From assembly GCF_963921235.1 (NCBI RefSeq), contig NC_086108.1, positions 28,522,001 to 28,586,000 of the forward strand: a DNA stretch of 64,000 nt, given 5' to 3'. Shown one piece after another: positions 1 through 12,304 of this stretch (positions within the stretch are counted from its first letter, which is position 1; the number at the start of each line of letters is the position of its first letter). This DNA is from Mobula hypostoma (lineage: Eukaryota). The notes beneath the pieces were generated by a model. That model ran no database searches. It saw only the letters and a list, made by a program, of their open reading frames with translations, and was not told the DNA's origin. The translations under genes were made by a program, and so were the position numbers.

Positions 1-636
1 GAATTGTCTATTCAATTAATCTCTGAGGTCATGGTGAAAATTTATTGGATTGGGCTGCACTCAGAGAAAAAATAAAGAATGCTTGCAGAGCAAAGTTGCA
101 GAGTATGTAAGTCTTTTATGATGACACTTCAAATAGGTTAGTGTAGTAGGTCCCTAAAGATGTTCTGTGGTTAAGTGTCATAATGAAAGTGAATTGAAAT
201 GTAATGTGATGTGTTTCTGATCCGTCATCCAAGGATCTGCAGCTGTAACAATGATTAAAGGCAGCACTGCCAAAACAGAACTGCAACATCACAGAAATGC
301 AGAGCAAGTCACGCTCCATCAGATACCACTGTGATGTCTAGAAAGATTTCCCAACAGTTACCAGATATACTATTTTTTTTCTCTCCACCTCCATCAACCC
401 CTGGCATATCCTAAAGACCAAGACTTATTTTAGAATTATATTTCCAACTATGTCATCAGTGACCATCTGTCAACGGTAAACTCTGGTAGTAGTGAACTGC
501 AGTTTATTTGTTGTCAGGTGTCTATGAGACTAGGACGGGTGGCTGGAGAGGGAGTAGTGGTGTTGGTGCACAGAGGTCAGGGATAAGGGAGACCTTTTAT
601 TTTTCTCCCTGTCTAGAGTTACTATCCTCCATTAGG

Positions 637-1350
637 ACATAGAACAGTGCAGCACAGGAAGAGGCCTTTCAATCCACAATGTTGTGCTGCAATAATCAAA
701 TTAGTAACCAACTAAGCTAAACCCTTCTGCCTGCATAATGTCCATATCTTTTCATTTCCTGCACATTCATGTGCCTAAAAGCCTCTACGATACAGGTATT
801 CAAGAGACTTCCACCACTAGCACAGGCAGCATATTTTAGGCACCAACCAATCTCTGTGTAAAGAAAATTTGCCCTGCACATCTCCTTTGAATTTACCCCC
901 TCTCTCCTTAAAATGCATACCTTCTGGTATTAGATATTTCAACTCTAGGAAAAAGATACCAGCAGCTTACTTTATCTATGGCTCTCATAATCTAAAAAAA
1001 ACCAGCTACAATCTCCCCTAAGCCTCCACTGCTCCAAAAAAAAAACATGTCTGTCCAAACTCACCTTATAGCATATGCCCTCTAACCCAGGCAGCATCCT
1101 GGTAAACCTTGTCTGCACCCTTTCCAAGCCCTCAACATCCTTCCTTCAATGGGGCAACCAGAATTGAATGCAATACTCCAGATGTAGCCCATCTAGAGCT
1201 ATATATTCCAAACTCTTGAACTCAGATCCTTGACTAATAAAAGCAGTAGGGTAGTGCCTTCTTTACCACCCTATCAACCTGTATAACCACCTTCTGGGAG
1301 TTATGGACTCAGACCCCGACATCCCTCTGCAAATCAACACTGTTAAGGAT
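637..1350 (-). mobile_element. CR1 LINE, decayed 3' fragment
   Basis: Resembles the 3' ORF2/UTR of the other CR1 copies here (e.g. gcagcatcctggtaaacct..ctgcaccct, tail acatagaacag). Boundaries approximate. Confidence 0.8.
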
Positions 1351-1494
1351 CTTGTCACTGCAACATTACAACCACTCTTTAGCTGAAACAAGCTACCTGT
1401 ATGTTACACATTCAATCCAGAACCATCTGATTAGTATGGCACTGAACAACAGTGATCAGCAAGTAACCTAGAGCAATCAGGAAGCTTAGCTTTG

Positions 1495-1895
1495 ACTTCT
1501 CAAACTTCCGCTAATGCCCCACCTCCCCCTCGTACCCCGTCCATTAATTATTTATTTATATACCCACATTCTTTTTCTCTCTCTCCTTTTCCTCCCTCTG
1601 TCCCTCTCACCATACCCCTTGCCCATCCTCTGGGCTTCCCCCCTCCCCCTTTTCTTTCTCCCTAAGCCTCCTGTCCCATGATCCTTTCACATCACTTTTG
1701 CTAACCAACTGTCCAGCTCTTGGCTCCATCCCTCCCCCTCCTCCTATAATTTCGGATCTCCCCCCCGCCTCAAAACTCTTACTAGCTCTTCTTTCAGTTA
1801 GTCCTGACGAAGGGTCTCAGCCCGAAACGTCGACTGTACCTCTTCCTAGAGATGCTGCCTGGCCTGCTGAGTTCACCAGCAACTTTTATGTGTGT
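1495..1895 (+). mobile_element. Non-coding Penelope-like (pLTR-derived) insertion with hammerhead motif
   Basis: 12-bp TSD agcttagctttg at 1483-1494 and 1896-1907. Pyrimidine-rich body, then hammerhead motif and gatgctgcctggcctgctg tail. Similar to 29109-29654 in reverse orientation. Confidence 0.8.
1800..1835 (+). ncRNA. Minimal type-I hammerhead ribozyme motif (intact core)
   Basis: agtc-CTGACGA-a-gggt(ctca)gccc-GAAA-cGTC-gact. Stem I agtc/gact, stem II gggt/gccc, palindromic ACGT at helix III. Predicted cleavage after GUC (1831). Confidence 0.75.
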
Positions 1896-2480
1896 AGCTT
1901 AGCTTTGGATGTTTATTGGAGATTTATGACTGAATATTGAAGGACATGGAGGATAGGAAGATCACTGTTGAGATTATTAACTTGCAAGCGAATTTTGAGG
2001 TAAATAAGGAGCTAATGTTGGGTCTCTTAAAGAGCATTAAGGTGGATATACTCCCAGGGCTACAGGGAATATATCCCAGGTTTTGAAAGAGGCAAGAGAA
2101 GAGATTGCTGGGGCCTTGACCAATATCTTCGTGCCTTCTCTAGCCAAAGGCAAGGTCCTGAGAACTTCCGAGAGTAGCTAATGTTGATCTATTATTCAAG
2201 CAGGAAACAAGGGATAATCCTGGAAACGATAGACTGGTGAGTCTCAAATTAGTGTTAGGGAAGTTACTGCATAGAATTCTTATGGATAGGATGTATGAAC
2301 ATCTGGAAAATCATGGCCTAGGGAGAGCCAGTATGGCTTTGTGCTGGGCAAGTCATGTCTTACTAAATTAACTGTGTTTTTTGACGAGGTGACGAGGGTG
2401 ATAGATGAATATAGAGCTGTGGATTTTGCCTACATGGATTTTAGTAAGGTGTCTGATAAGGTCTCTCATGGGAGGCTCAA

Positions 2481-2660
2481 ACTGAGGATTGTTTTATTTT
2501 TATTTTATTTATTTATCGATACTGCATGGAGTAGACCCTTCTGGACCTTTAAGCTACACCGCCACAACAACCCCTGACAAACTTGATAAATCAGGGTTAA
2601 ATTTACAATGACCAATTAAACTACCCAGTACACCTATGGACTGTGGGGGAGAAACCAGTA
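2481..2660 (-). mobile_element. SINE-like 3' fragment nested in CR1
   Basis: (tttat)n tail at the left end. The ggactgtgggggagaaacc segment resembles the reverse complement of the V-SINE-type core at ~51200. Confidence 0.45.
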
Positions 2661-2697
2661 AGATACATGGAATCCACCATGAAATGGCCGTTTATTT

Positions 2698-3501
2698 TGT
2701 CACATGACCGGCAACAATGAATATATAATTAAGTCAAGTTTTATAAACAAACATAAACATTTATTAAACTCTGCTCAACAATAGCGAAAAGTATTCAAAC
2801 GACTAACTTAACCAGAAGTTAACTGCTATACGGCAACTCTGAAACAGTTCTTAAAGTGGTAAATTCGAAAACAGTCTTAAAGGGGTAAATTCGAACAATC
2901 TTAAAACGGTAAACTCGAAAGTCCAAGTGATTTACACAGTCAATAAGGAGAGACTTCTCTGGAAATGGATTTCTTCGAAGACGTGACATTACTGCTGATT
3001 CACGACGAAGGAAATAAAATGGCTTAAAGGAACTGACCTTTTCCTGTCAAATGATCACTGCAAAAACCTTCCTGATCTTACAGGGGTTATCTTAGATGCA
3101 GGTCACTATTTCTGAACGAAGATTCAATAAGGTCGATCCTGTATTAAACCGCTGAACGACACCAACTTTACTCAATCCTTCAGGTTCCCATACTTTAGTA
3201 AAGTCTTCACTCTCCAATACTAGACTTACAATAGAAAGTAAAATTCCACTTTAAACCGAAATTGCGTCATGAGACAAATATGCAGCATAACGGAGTAACT
3301 GACGAATTAAACAAGGAATCAACTGTGTAACTACAGGGGTTTCCCGTTATATACCTGCTGAGAACATGTCATCACGTGACCTCACACTGGCGGGAAAATT
3401 ACATCACCCCACCATCACAAGACCATTACATCATGCTCACAAGATACTCAATTACATCATGGTCACAAGACAGGCACAAGATACCCACAGGGTATGTAAC
3501 A
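2698..3501 (-). mobile_element. Solo LTR (~804 bp, probably Gypsy-type)
   Basis: Termini tgtcacat...atgtaaca (TG...CA, 7/8 inverted match). Interrupts CR1 coding sequence. Minus-strand TATA-like motif at ~3347-3353 and AATAAA at 2760-2765. Internal tandem repeats. No clean TSD seen. Confidence 0.7.
2842..2920. repeat. ~25-bp tandem repeat x3 inside the LTR
   Basis: aacag(t)tcttaaagtggtaaattcgaa / aacagtcttaaaggggtaaattcgaa / caatcttaaaacggtaaactcgaa. Confidence 0.8.
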
Positions 3502-4468
3502 GTATTCAGAACTGGCTTGCCCATAGAAGTCAAAGGGTAGAGATGAAAGGACTTACTCTAGCTGGAGATCTGTGATTAGTGGTGTTTTGCAGGGATCTGT
3601 ATTGGGACCTCTGCTGTTTGTGATGTATACCAATAACCTAGATGAAAATGTAGATGGGTGGGTTAATAAGTTTGAAAATGATAAAAAAAAAATTGGTGGT
3701 CTAGTGGATAGCATAGAAGATCGACAAAGAATGCAACACTACATAGATCAGTTGTAAATATGGGAGGATAAAATGGTAGATGGAATTTAACCCGGCCAGA
3801 TGTGAAGTGTTACACCTTGGTAGGTCAAATGTAAAGAGGCAAGACCCTTAAGAGTGTTGATGAGCAGAGGGATCTTGAGTCCAAGTTCATAGCTCCCTGA
3901 AAGTGATTAAACATGTTGACAGGGTGGTTAAAAAGGCTTATGGCATGCTTGCCTTTATTAGCCGAGGTATTGAGTTCCAAAGTCAGCTTTATGAAACTCT
4001 AGATAGGCTGCAGCTAGACTATTGCATATAATTCTGGTCGCCACGTTATACGAAGAATGTCAAGGCTTTGCAGAGGGTGCAGAAGAGGATGTTGCCTGGA
4101 TTAGAGGACATATGCTACAACAAGAGGTTGGACAAATTTGGGTTGTTTTCTCTGGTGCGCTGCCAGAGGCTGAGGAGAGATCCAACAACTTTGTGAGATT
4201 ATAAGAGGCACAGATAAAGTAGACAGACAATATCTTTTTCCAAGAGTGGAAACGTCTAATCCCAGAGAGCATGCATTTAAGGTGGGGGGGGGGGAAGTAA
4301 TTTTAAAGGAGATGTGAGGAGCAAGTTTTTTTTAAACACAGAGAGCGGTGAGTGCTTGGAATGTGCTGTTTAGGATAGTAGTAGCGGCAGAAACATTACT
4401 TTTAAAAGCAACACTCACAACACGCTGGAGGAACTCAGCAGGTCGGGCAGCATCCGTGAAAATGATCA

Positions 4469-4503
4469 ATCAATGTTTCGGGCCAGAACCCTTCATCAGG
4501 ACT
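4469..4503 (-). ncRNA. Minimal hammerhead ribozyme motif (helix III palindrome mutated)
   Basis: Reverse complement reads agtc-CTGATGA-a-gggttctggccc-GAAA-cATT-ga; ACGT has become ACAT (CpG-type change). Confidence 0.6.
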
Positions 4504-4553
4504 GAAGAGGGAAGGGGCAGAGGCCCTATATAGGGTATATATAGGGCTCTTCA

Positions 4554-4587
4554 GTCCTGATGAAGGGTTCCGGCCCGAAACGTTGAC
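4554..4587 (+). ncRNA. Minimal hammerhead ribozyme motif (intact core)
   Basis: gtc-CTGATGA-a-gggttccggccc-GAAA-cGTT-gac. Confidence 0.7.
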
Positions 4588-5194
4588 GGATCGTTTCCAC
4601 GGATGCTGCCTGACCTGCTGAGTCCCTCCAGCATGTTGTGAGTATTGCTTTGACCCCAGCATCTGCAGAATATTTTGTGATTACTTTTAAAAGACATTTA
4701 GATAAGCACACGGATGTGAGGAAAATGGATGAATATGGACATTGTGTAGGCAGTAGAGATTAGTTGTCCATTTGATCACTAATTTAATTGGTTCGGCATT
4801 ACAGTGGACTGAAGAGCTTGTTCATGTGCTGTGCTGGTCTGGTCTATGTTGTTGTTCTGGTTCTTTGTTCAGCAAGAACTTCAGTGAATACGCTGACTTC
4901 TGAGAAACATGAACTTTAAGGCTACTCAATGTTTCATAGATCCTGGAATTACTTTGTAAATGATTGGGTCAGTTTGGTATATGATCAGGCAACTGAAAGC
5001 ATATATGGTGAGCTTTGAGTTTGGGCTATAACAAGGTTATGGTGTAAAATGGCTTAAATTCACTTTAATTGTAATGTAAATGAACTTAACATGCAGAGCA
5101 GAGCTCCATTTACAATCTCAATAATGGGATTTAACTTTGTGGCCAGCTTCCCCATGATTTCTGTGATCTCTGTCTCAGAGGCCAATGTCGGAAC

Positions 5195-6650
5195 ACCATT
5201 GAGAGGGTGAACCCTCACAAGGCGTCAAGCCCAGGCAGTGTTCTTGGAAGGGTACTAAATGAATATTGACATTATGCAGGCAGTAGAGATTAGCTTAATT
5301 GGTCATTTGATCACTAATTTAGCTGGCCACCTGGATGGAGTGTTCAAAGATATCTTCAGCTTCTCATTGCTGTAGTCAGAGGTTCCCACCTGCTACAAAA
5401 GAGCATTGATCATGCCGGTGCTCAAGAGCAGGGGTGAGCTATCTCAATGTTTATTGCACAGTGGCCCTCACATCTGCTGTGATGAAGTGTTTTCAGAGTT
5501 TGGTCATGGTTAGAATTAACTCCTGCCTGAACAAGGACCTGGACCCACCCCAAATTTGCCTACTGCCACAACAGATCAACAGCGGAGGCAATCTCACTGG
5601 CTTTCCACTTGAATTTGGAGCATCTAGACAATGGCAAAACATACATCAGTCTGTTGCTTATCAAGTACAGCTCAGAATTCAACACCATCAACCATTCAAT
5701 TCCTATAAACAAGCTTCAAAACCTGGGCCTTTATATCTCCTTCTTCAACTAGATCATCAACTTTTTAATTGGAGATCACAGTCATGTAATATCTCCTTCC
5801 TTGCTGACAATCAACAAGAGGTGCACCTCAAGGTTGTGTGCTTAGCCCACTGCTCTACTCTCTCTACATTAAGGACTGTGACTAAACACAGCTCAAATGC
5901 CATCTATAAATTCACCAATGACACTACTATCGTTGGCAGAATCACAAATGGGGATGAAGAGTGAGCTAGATTGATTGGTTGAATGGTATCACAACAATAA
6001 CCACACACTCAGTGTCAGCAAGACCTAGGAACTGATTGCGGACTTCAGGAAGAGGACATCAATAAAGTACACACTGAGTGCTTAGCAGTGGAAAGGGTGA
6101 GTAGCTTCAAGTTTCTCAGCACACTATCTCAGAAGATTTGTCGGGGGCCTAACACGATGCCATCACAAAAAAGGCACACCAGTGGCTATACTTCATTAGG
6201 AGTTTGAGGAGATTCTCTTGAAAATTTTGACAAATATATGGTGGAGAGCATTCTGACTGGTTGCATCACTCTCCAAGGAGGAGGAAAAAAAAGAGGCAGC
6301 AGAGGGTTGCAGATTTAGCCAGTGCCATCATAGGCTGAACTCTCCTCATGATTGAGGACATCTTCAAAAGACAGTACCTCAAAAAGATGCATCCATCTTT
6401 AAGGACCCTCATCATCTGGGACATGCCCTCTTCTCTTTATTAACATCAAGAAGAATGTACAGGAGCCTGAAGACCCATAGTTATCGTTTTAGGAACAATC
6501 CTTCCCCTCCGCCATCAGATTTCTGAATGGTCCATAAACCCATGTACTACACACTACCTTGTTACTCCTTTTATTCACATTTTTTTGGTAACTTGTCATA
6601 ATTTATATTTATTGCGCAAAACAGCAAAATAAATTCTGATTCTGATCTGA
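5195..6650 (+). mobile_element. Rex1/Babar-type LINE, decayed
   Basis: VALTSAVMKCFQSLVMVRINSCL...YKFTNDTTIVGRITNGDE is Rex1-like RT; (ttctga)n 3' tail at ~6635-6648. Confidence 0.8.
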
Positions 6651-7614
6651 ACCAACTTATTATGGCTCCTCTGATGAAGATTACCATTTGTACTTGAAAA
6701 GTATTCGTTCACTTTTCTGCCTCATATCTCAGCTGGATTTTGGCCCATGTTTGATCTTACTCAATCTCTGTTACTTTAAATATTCAGCATATTAAATATA
6801 ATCCACACATTGTCAAATTTCAGCTGGTTTTATCAAGACACATTAGAGTTCTAATCACTTTGTATAAATTGGATTTTCTTTCAATTGAATAAAACAGATG
6901 AAAAAAAGAGAATTGGTTAGAAAAGTGGGTTAGAGAACTATCCTTTGGGATCCTCCAGTAGCTTAGTGGGCAATGCACCATCTGGGATGATCTTCAACAA
7001 TACGGACAAAGAAATCACAAGTTTACATGCTCAGATGGTGCTGAATTTGTTAATGCATCCACTTGCCTTCCTCTTATCCACCACCAAGTCCAATTGTACA
7101 CTCTCTCACTCTTTCAAACTGCTAAAATATACAATCTCAGTTAAAAAAACCACAATATTTCAGAGGGGATATTTTGGTCTTAAAATACAGGTTGGTTCTA
7201 ATGCACATCTATCAAAGATATGCAAGTTAGACCATAGCAGCCAGCCAAAAACAGTCAACTGGTCCTCTTGATGTTATTATACAGTCATAAGAACGATCGA
7301 CATATTTCAAAAATTAAAAAACTGGTGACATTTTACAAAAAATGTTCTGTATAAAATTATATAACAGGCTAACTCAACTGGTAGACTGGCAGTGTTACAC
7401 ATGGATACTTTTATATTTTTCTCCTCTTGGTCTTAGTATGACAATTATTAATGTTATGACTACGAGAAAGCAGCACAGCTCACAAGCCTCAATATTATAC
7501 TACCAACAAGGGAGTCACTTGCAATGCAGCCGAACCCATCAGATAAGTTTTCCCATTTTTCTCCTAGTCTTTTAACTCCTCTTTCAGAGCGCTGATAGGA
7601 TCACTTCAACTGAA

Positions 7615-7669
7615 TTACTTAACTGTAGCTGATCTGTATCTTGAATCGGTAACCTGCTTTCTCTTCAAG
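7615..7669 (-). CDS. Candidate terminal exon of the host gene (speculative)
   Basis: Acceptor ctcttgctctaacag. Phase-compatible with exon 14074-14174: stop TGA at 7667-7665 in frame B, or TAA at 7617-7615 in frame A. Confidence 0.3.
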
Positions 7670-8332
7670 CTGTTAGAGCAAGAGCTTGGATTAACTTAAT
7701 CATGGCAATTTAATTTACCTTGGCTTTATCTCAAATTTGCAACATTCCAACATCCTGCACTATGGACTCTGGCTATTAATCAAAGATTTTTTAAAATTAG
7801 TCTTCCTCCTGATTATGCTGAAGGAGTGCTCTTAGTTGTTCTTCCAGTTGAAGCATATGCAGAAGAACAGTGGAGTACACTATCAGACTCCCAGTTCAGG
7901 CCCTCATGTAGTGAATAGCCTTTAGGAGTAAGATATAGTGAAACCAGTTTCCAAGAATGAGTTGTTTTTTCAGGATATAGAGAGGGAGGTGACAAATGAA
8001 GAATGGGAGCTCTTAACTCATTTTGAAGTAGCCAGCCTTAGTAGCTGTGCCTTGTAAATTGTTCTTCTTTCTTAATAAATATCAAGCTGTGTAAGGTTCT
8101 GCATGACACGTCTTTGGTAAATTTATTGAAAGCAATCCACAATTTTATGGTGTTAAGTGGTAGAAGTGATAAGACTAATATAACTGATAACTGAAACAAC
8201 TTTCTAATGATCCTTGATGCTTGGTTGACTCCCACTTGCAGGAGTCAAAACTTGGAGGAGAAATGCAAAAAGATGGGTCTTGCTGCTTGCTCAAGAATTC
8301 CACTTATAGGAATTTAAAGGAGGTAAATTAAT

Positions 8333-8905
8333 TGCAACACACAAAATGCTGGAGGAACTCTGCAGGTCAGGCAGCATCTATTGAAAAAAGTAAACAGTCA
8401 ACATTTCGTGCTAAGATCCTTCTTCAACACTGGAAAGGAAGGGGAGCAGTCAGAGTAAGAGGTTGGGGGGGAGGGGAGGAAGAAGTACAAGGTGGCAAGT
8501 GATAGGTGAAACCAGGAGAGGGGGAGGGATGAAGTAAATAGCTGGGAAGTTGATTCATGAAAGAGATAAAGGACTGGAGAATGGGGAATCTGATAGGAGA
8601 GGACAGAGGACCATGGAAGAAAGGGAAGGGGGAGGTGATGGGCAGGTAAGGAGATGAGGTAAGAGAGAAAAACAGGAAGGGTGAAGGGTGGGGAGGGGGT
8701 GGAATTACCATTACCAGAAGATCAAGAAATCAATGTTCAAGCCATCAATTTGGAGGCTATGCAGACAGAATCTAAGGTGTTGCTCCTCCAACCTGGCAGC
8801 ACAGAAGGCCATGGACTGACATGTCAGAACGGGGATGGGAAATAGAACTGAAATGGGTGGCCTGGAAGATCCCACTTTTTGTGTCAGCCAGAGCGAAGGT
8901 GCGTG
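8333..8905 (-). mobile_element. Penelope-like element 3' fragment (GIY-YIG C-terminus + pLTR)
   Basis: Minus-strand RLEEQHLRFCLHSLQIDGLNIDF resembles the conserved PLE endonuclease C-terminus. Followed by a pyrimidine-rich tract, a degenerate hammerhead (~8395-8432) and the gatgctgcctgacctgc tail. Confidence 0.75.
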
Positions 8906-9199
8906 GCAAAATGGTAAGTCAGCTAATTTGTAGTTAATAGGCAATTGGCTACCTAGTTAAGTATCAGCAGCTATTAAAAAGAAGTTAGGCTCAAGTAGAG
9001 AGGCCATTTTGGGAGGGGAATGCTGGTTGTCTAACTATGGGCTTTGGTGAGAATGGTGAGCAATAGAAGGTGAGGTAGGTCTTTCATTAGCTGTTCATCT
9101 CCTGAAAGTTTTTTAGTCATGGTTGGTGAGCTCAGAATTGTGTCATGCTCCTCTGGTGTTGGATCCCAGGAAGGCTTCCAGAGTGTCCAACTGAAGCTG

Positions 9200-10825
9200 C
9201 TGATTAATGTATGATGGCCCTGAAGTTATACATGTATTTGCTTCGGAGCATCTACATTATGAGTGTTGTGGATAACACATTTAGTGAGTTGATCACACCC
9301 TCGGTCTTGGGAGAGTTGGGAATGAATACAGAGCAGTAATAGGAAGGTAGTGCAGGAGGCAGCTGCAGTCACCTTGCCCCAAAGCAGATATATTGCTTTA
9401 GGTACTTCGAGGGGTGATGGCATTTAAAGGGGAAGGCAACAGTAGCCAGGAAAAATATGGCAGGGAACTTAGTAGAGGGACAACTGGTAGTCCTATTTGC
9501 TATGATAGAATCTACAAACATTACCAGTTGGTGTTGTTTCCCTGGTGCAAGAGTCAGGGATGTCTGTGTGGCTGCAGGGCATTCTGGAAGGGGAGAGTGA
9601 ACAGCCAGTTGTCGTGGTGCACGTAGGTGCTAATGGTATAGGAAAAAAATGGGAGGTGGCCCTAAAAGCTCAATTTAGAGGGCTGGGTGAAAAATTTAAA
9701 AAGTATGTCCTCAAAGGTAATAATCTCAAAATTGCTACCTACGTGAGTTACGAGTGAGAATTGGATTAGCAGTAATTAGGATGAATATGTGGTTTGAACA
9801 GTGGCGCAGGAGATTCCTGGGACTTTGGGACGGGTTCTGGAGGAGGTGGGACCAGTACAAATTGGATAGCTACACCCAAGCAAAAATGGGATCAATGTCC
9901 AGGGGGATTGTTACTCATATCGTTGGAGAATTTAAACAAATATGGCAGGGGAATTGGAATCCAGGCAAAAAGACAAGAAGGCATTGCAGACACAAAATCA
10001 AAAGTTAGAGAAGAGGAAAACCAGAGGGAGTACAGAAAAGTCAAATGCACTGAACATAAGGGTTACTAGATTCTAGAAGGCCAATGAGTGTTTATCTGAA
10101 TGTCCATAGTATTCAAATGAGTTGAGAGGACTTTTAACACAAATCAGTACAGAGGGGTATGTTCTAGTGGCCATTACAGAAACACGGTTGCAGTGTGGAG
10201 ATGGTTAGAAATTAAATATCCAAGGGTATCAGGTAATATGGGAGGATAGGCAGGAAAGTAAGGGAGCTGGAGTCACACTCTTAATTAAGGATGAGATCAA
10301 GGTGATAGTGAGAGGCAATGCAGGATCTAAGAAGCAGAATGTTGAATCTATCTGGGTAAAGATTAGTAACAGTAATGGGGGCAAAAATCATTGGGAATTG
10401 TCTTTAAGGCCATTAAATAATAATATTACATTGGCACAGGCAACAAAACAAGAAATATCTGATGCATATACTGTAAGAAAGGAAATGCAGTTGTCATGAG
10501 GGGGGCTTTAACATGCACATAGAGGACTTCATAGAATCCATCCACCATAGCTTTCTTGAACATATTTGTGAATCTACAAGGGAATATGCTATTTTAGATC
10601 TGGTCCTGTGCAATAAGATGGGTAATACTAATGATCTTGTAGTTAGGGATCCTCTTGGAAAGAATGACCACAGTGTGATTGAATTTTTTTTCCCAGAAAA
10701 ATGGAGGATGCAATAGTATGATCTAAAACCAGTGTATTATGGGGAAAAGAAATGTAGATGAAGCTGAGTCACCTTATTGAATGGAAGAGCAGATTCGACA
10801 GGCCAGAAGGAAAACTCCTGCTCCT
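9200..10825 (+). mobile_element. CR1 LINE decayed 5' region (ORF1 esterase-like + APE remnants)
   Basis: EQPVVVVHVGANGIGKK (SGNH-like ORF1 motif); VESIWVKI and TREYAILDLVLCN..DPLGKNDH (endonuclease). Confidence 0.75.
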
Positions 10826-10844
10826 ATTTCTTGTACATTCAATT

Positions 10845-10872
10845 CCCCACCCACCCCACCCCACCCCACCCC
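10845..10872. repeat. (CCCCA)n microsatellite / G-rich tract on minus strand
   Basis: ccccacccaccccaccccaccccacccc. Confidence 0.8.
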
Positions 10873-12304
10873 AACATCATTTTTCTTGTTTATCATTTCC
10901 CATTTGCATTTTTCTGAATTCAAAAAAGTTGCATTTATATGGCACAATTATAACCTTAAATGATCCCAAGGTACTTGAAAGCATCACAGCTAAATTTGGC
11001 AACAAGCCAAATAAAGAGTTACTAGATTAAACTAAATTTTGTTCCTAAAATCCTCTTCTGCTTTTTGGATGGTCAAACGGGGTTCAAGGATAATAATTTT
11101 AGAGCATCAAGCACTGACAGCTTAAGGATGGTCATTGATGATGGAGTAATTCATATTGCCCAAAACTGAGAGTGCAGACATGACAGTAAGTTGCAGGACT
11201 GAGGGAGTTTGTGTAAGAGGGACAAGACCAGGAAGAAATAATAAGTTAATTTTGAAATCAAAGTGTTTCTCAGTTGGTGGATAATGTAAGCTGATTGTAA
11301 TAAATGTAAAGGATGAAGGTGATTAGGAACAAAAGTGGCAGACTTGAGCAGCCAGATCCAACATAAGCATGAACAGGGTAATGTGGTGCTGGTACTCCAA
11401 AGTCTCTTTGCCTATCTGGCCCTCAAATCTCTTAGGCTGATATGTTTCAGAATGCAGTATTCTACTTTTTATTCTTCTTAAGCCACCACCCCTACTGGAG
11501 GCATAGGGCCCTGACAGTAGCTCACCAGGGTTCTCTGTGCTGGGCCAGTGTTTCAAGTTATCCTCAGGTGTAGCCAATTTTCAAAGATCCCTCCTTTCCC
11601 AAGGATGAGGTCTTCAGGATTTCTGTTGGCATTTCTGTAGCTCTGAGTTTTTACGGATGGGGCTGCTGGCTGGATGCTCAACCCTCCTCTGGCTTCAAAT
11701 GGTCCATTGTAGAATTTGAATATAGAATGAACCAAGTTACTTGGTCTTGAATGTAGTGAATGACTCTGGTGCAGAGGACAGTAAACATTCACACCACTGA
11801 GTAAACAAAAAAAAATCTCATCTTAGTCATAAATCCTTACTCTCTCCAGTTCCAAAGAAACAACCTTGCAGCATTTGCACTGTCAATCATTTTCTGAACC
11901 TGACATAATTCAGTAAGGAATTTTTTAATAAACATAATCTTAAAGAAAACCCATCTGCGATGTCTCAAGTCTGAGCTTTAACATTCCACAGGGTGTACAC
12001 AAACAGATTCAGTACCTCACCCATGATCTTGAAATACCCTACTTCACTATCATGAGGCCTGACTCACTTGGCATATGAACAAAATAGCAAGACTACTGTA
12101 TATTCAATATATAGTAATGGCTTTCTACTTTAATGTGCATATTCTCATTAGAACAAGATACTTGCATACACTCTTGTGTATAACCTAAGAAAAATGCACA
12201 GGTAGAATCCACACAAGGAAATAACAGCAGGATGTTTAAGTGGAGCGTAATAGATTTCAAAACTGTTTAAAAATATTTCCAAATCCAAGCTATGTCTCAA
12301 TATA

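Larger units (their letters stand above)
4409..4679. mobile_element. Fold-back Penelope-derived element with a hammerhead motif on each strand
   Basis: 14-bp TSD attacttttaaaag (4395-4408, 4680-4693). Inverted arms ~4407-4509 and ~4547-4649. Confidence 0.85.
1990..4850 (+). mobile_element. CR1 LINE (decayed ORF2 + 3' UTR) with three nested insertions
   Basis: ORF fragments KSCLTKLTVFFDEVT..YMDFSK and SGVLQGSVLGPLLF..WVNKFEND match the CR1 RT. Interrupted at ~2481-2660, 2698-3501 and 4409-4679. Confidence 0.9.

Noticed and set aside
2842..2920. CRISPR-like repeats
   Set aside because: No unique spacers; eukaryotic tandem repeat inside an LTR.
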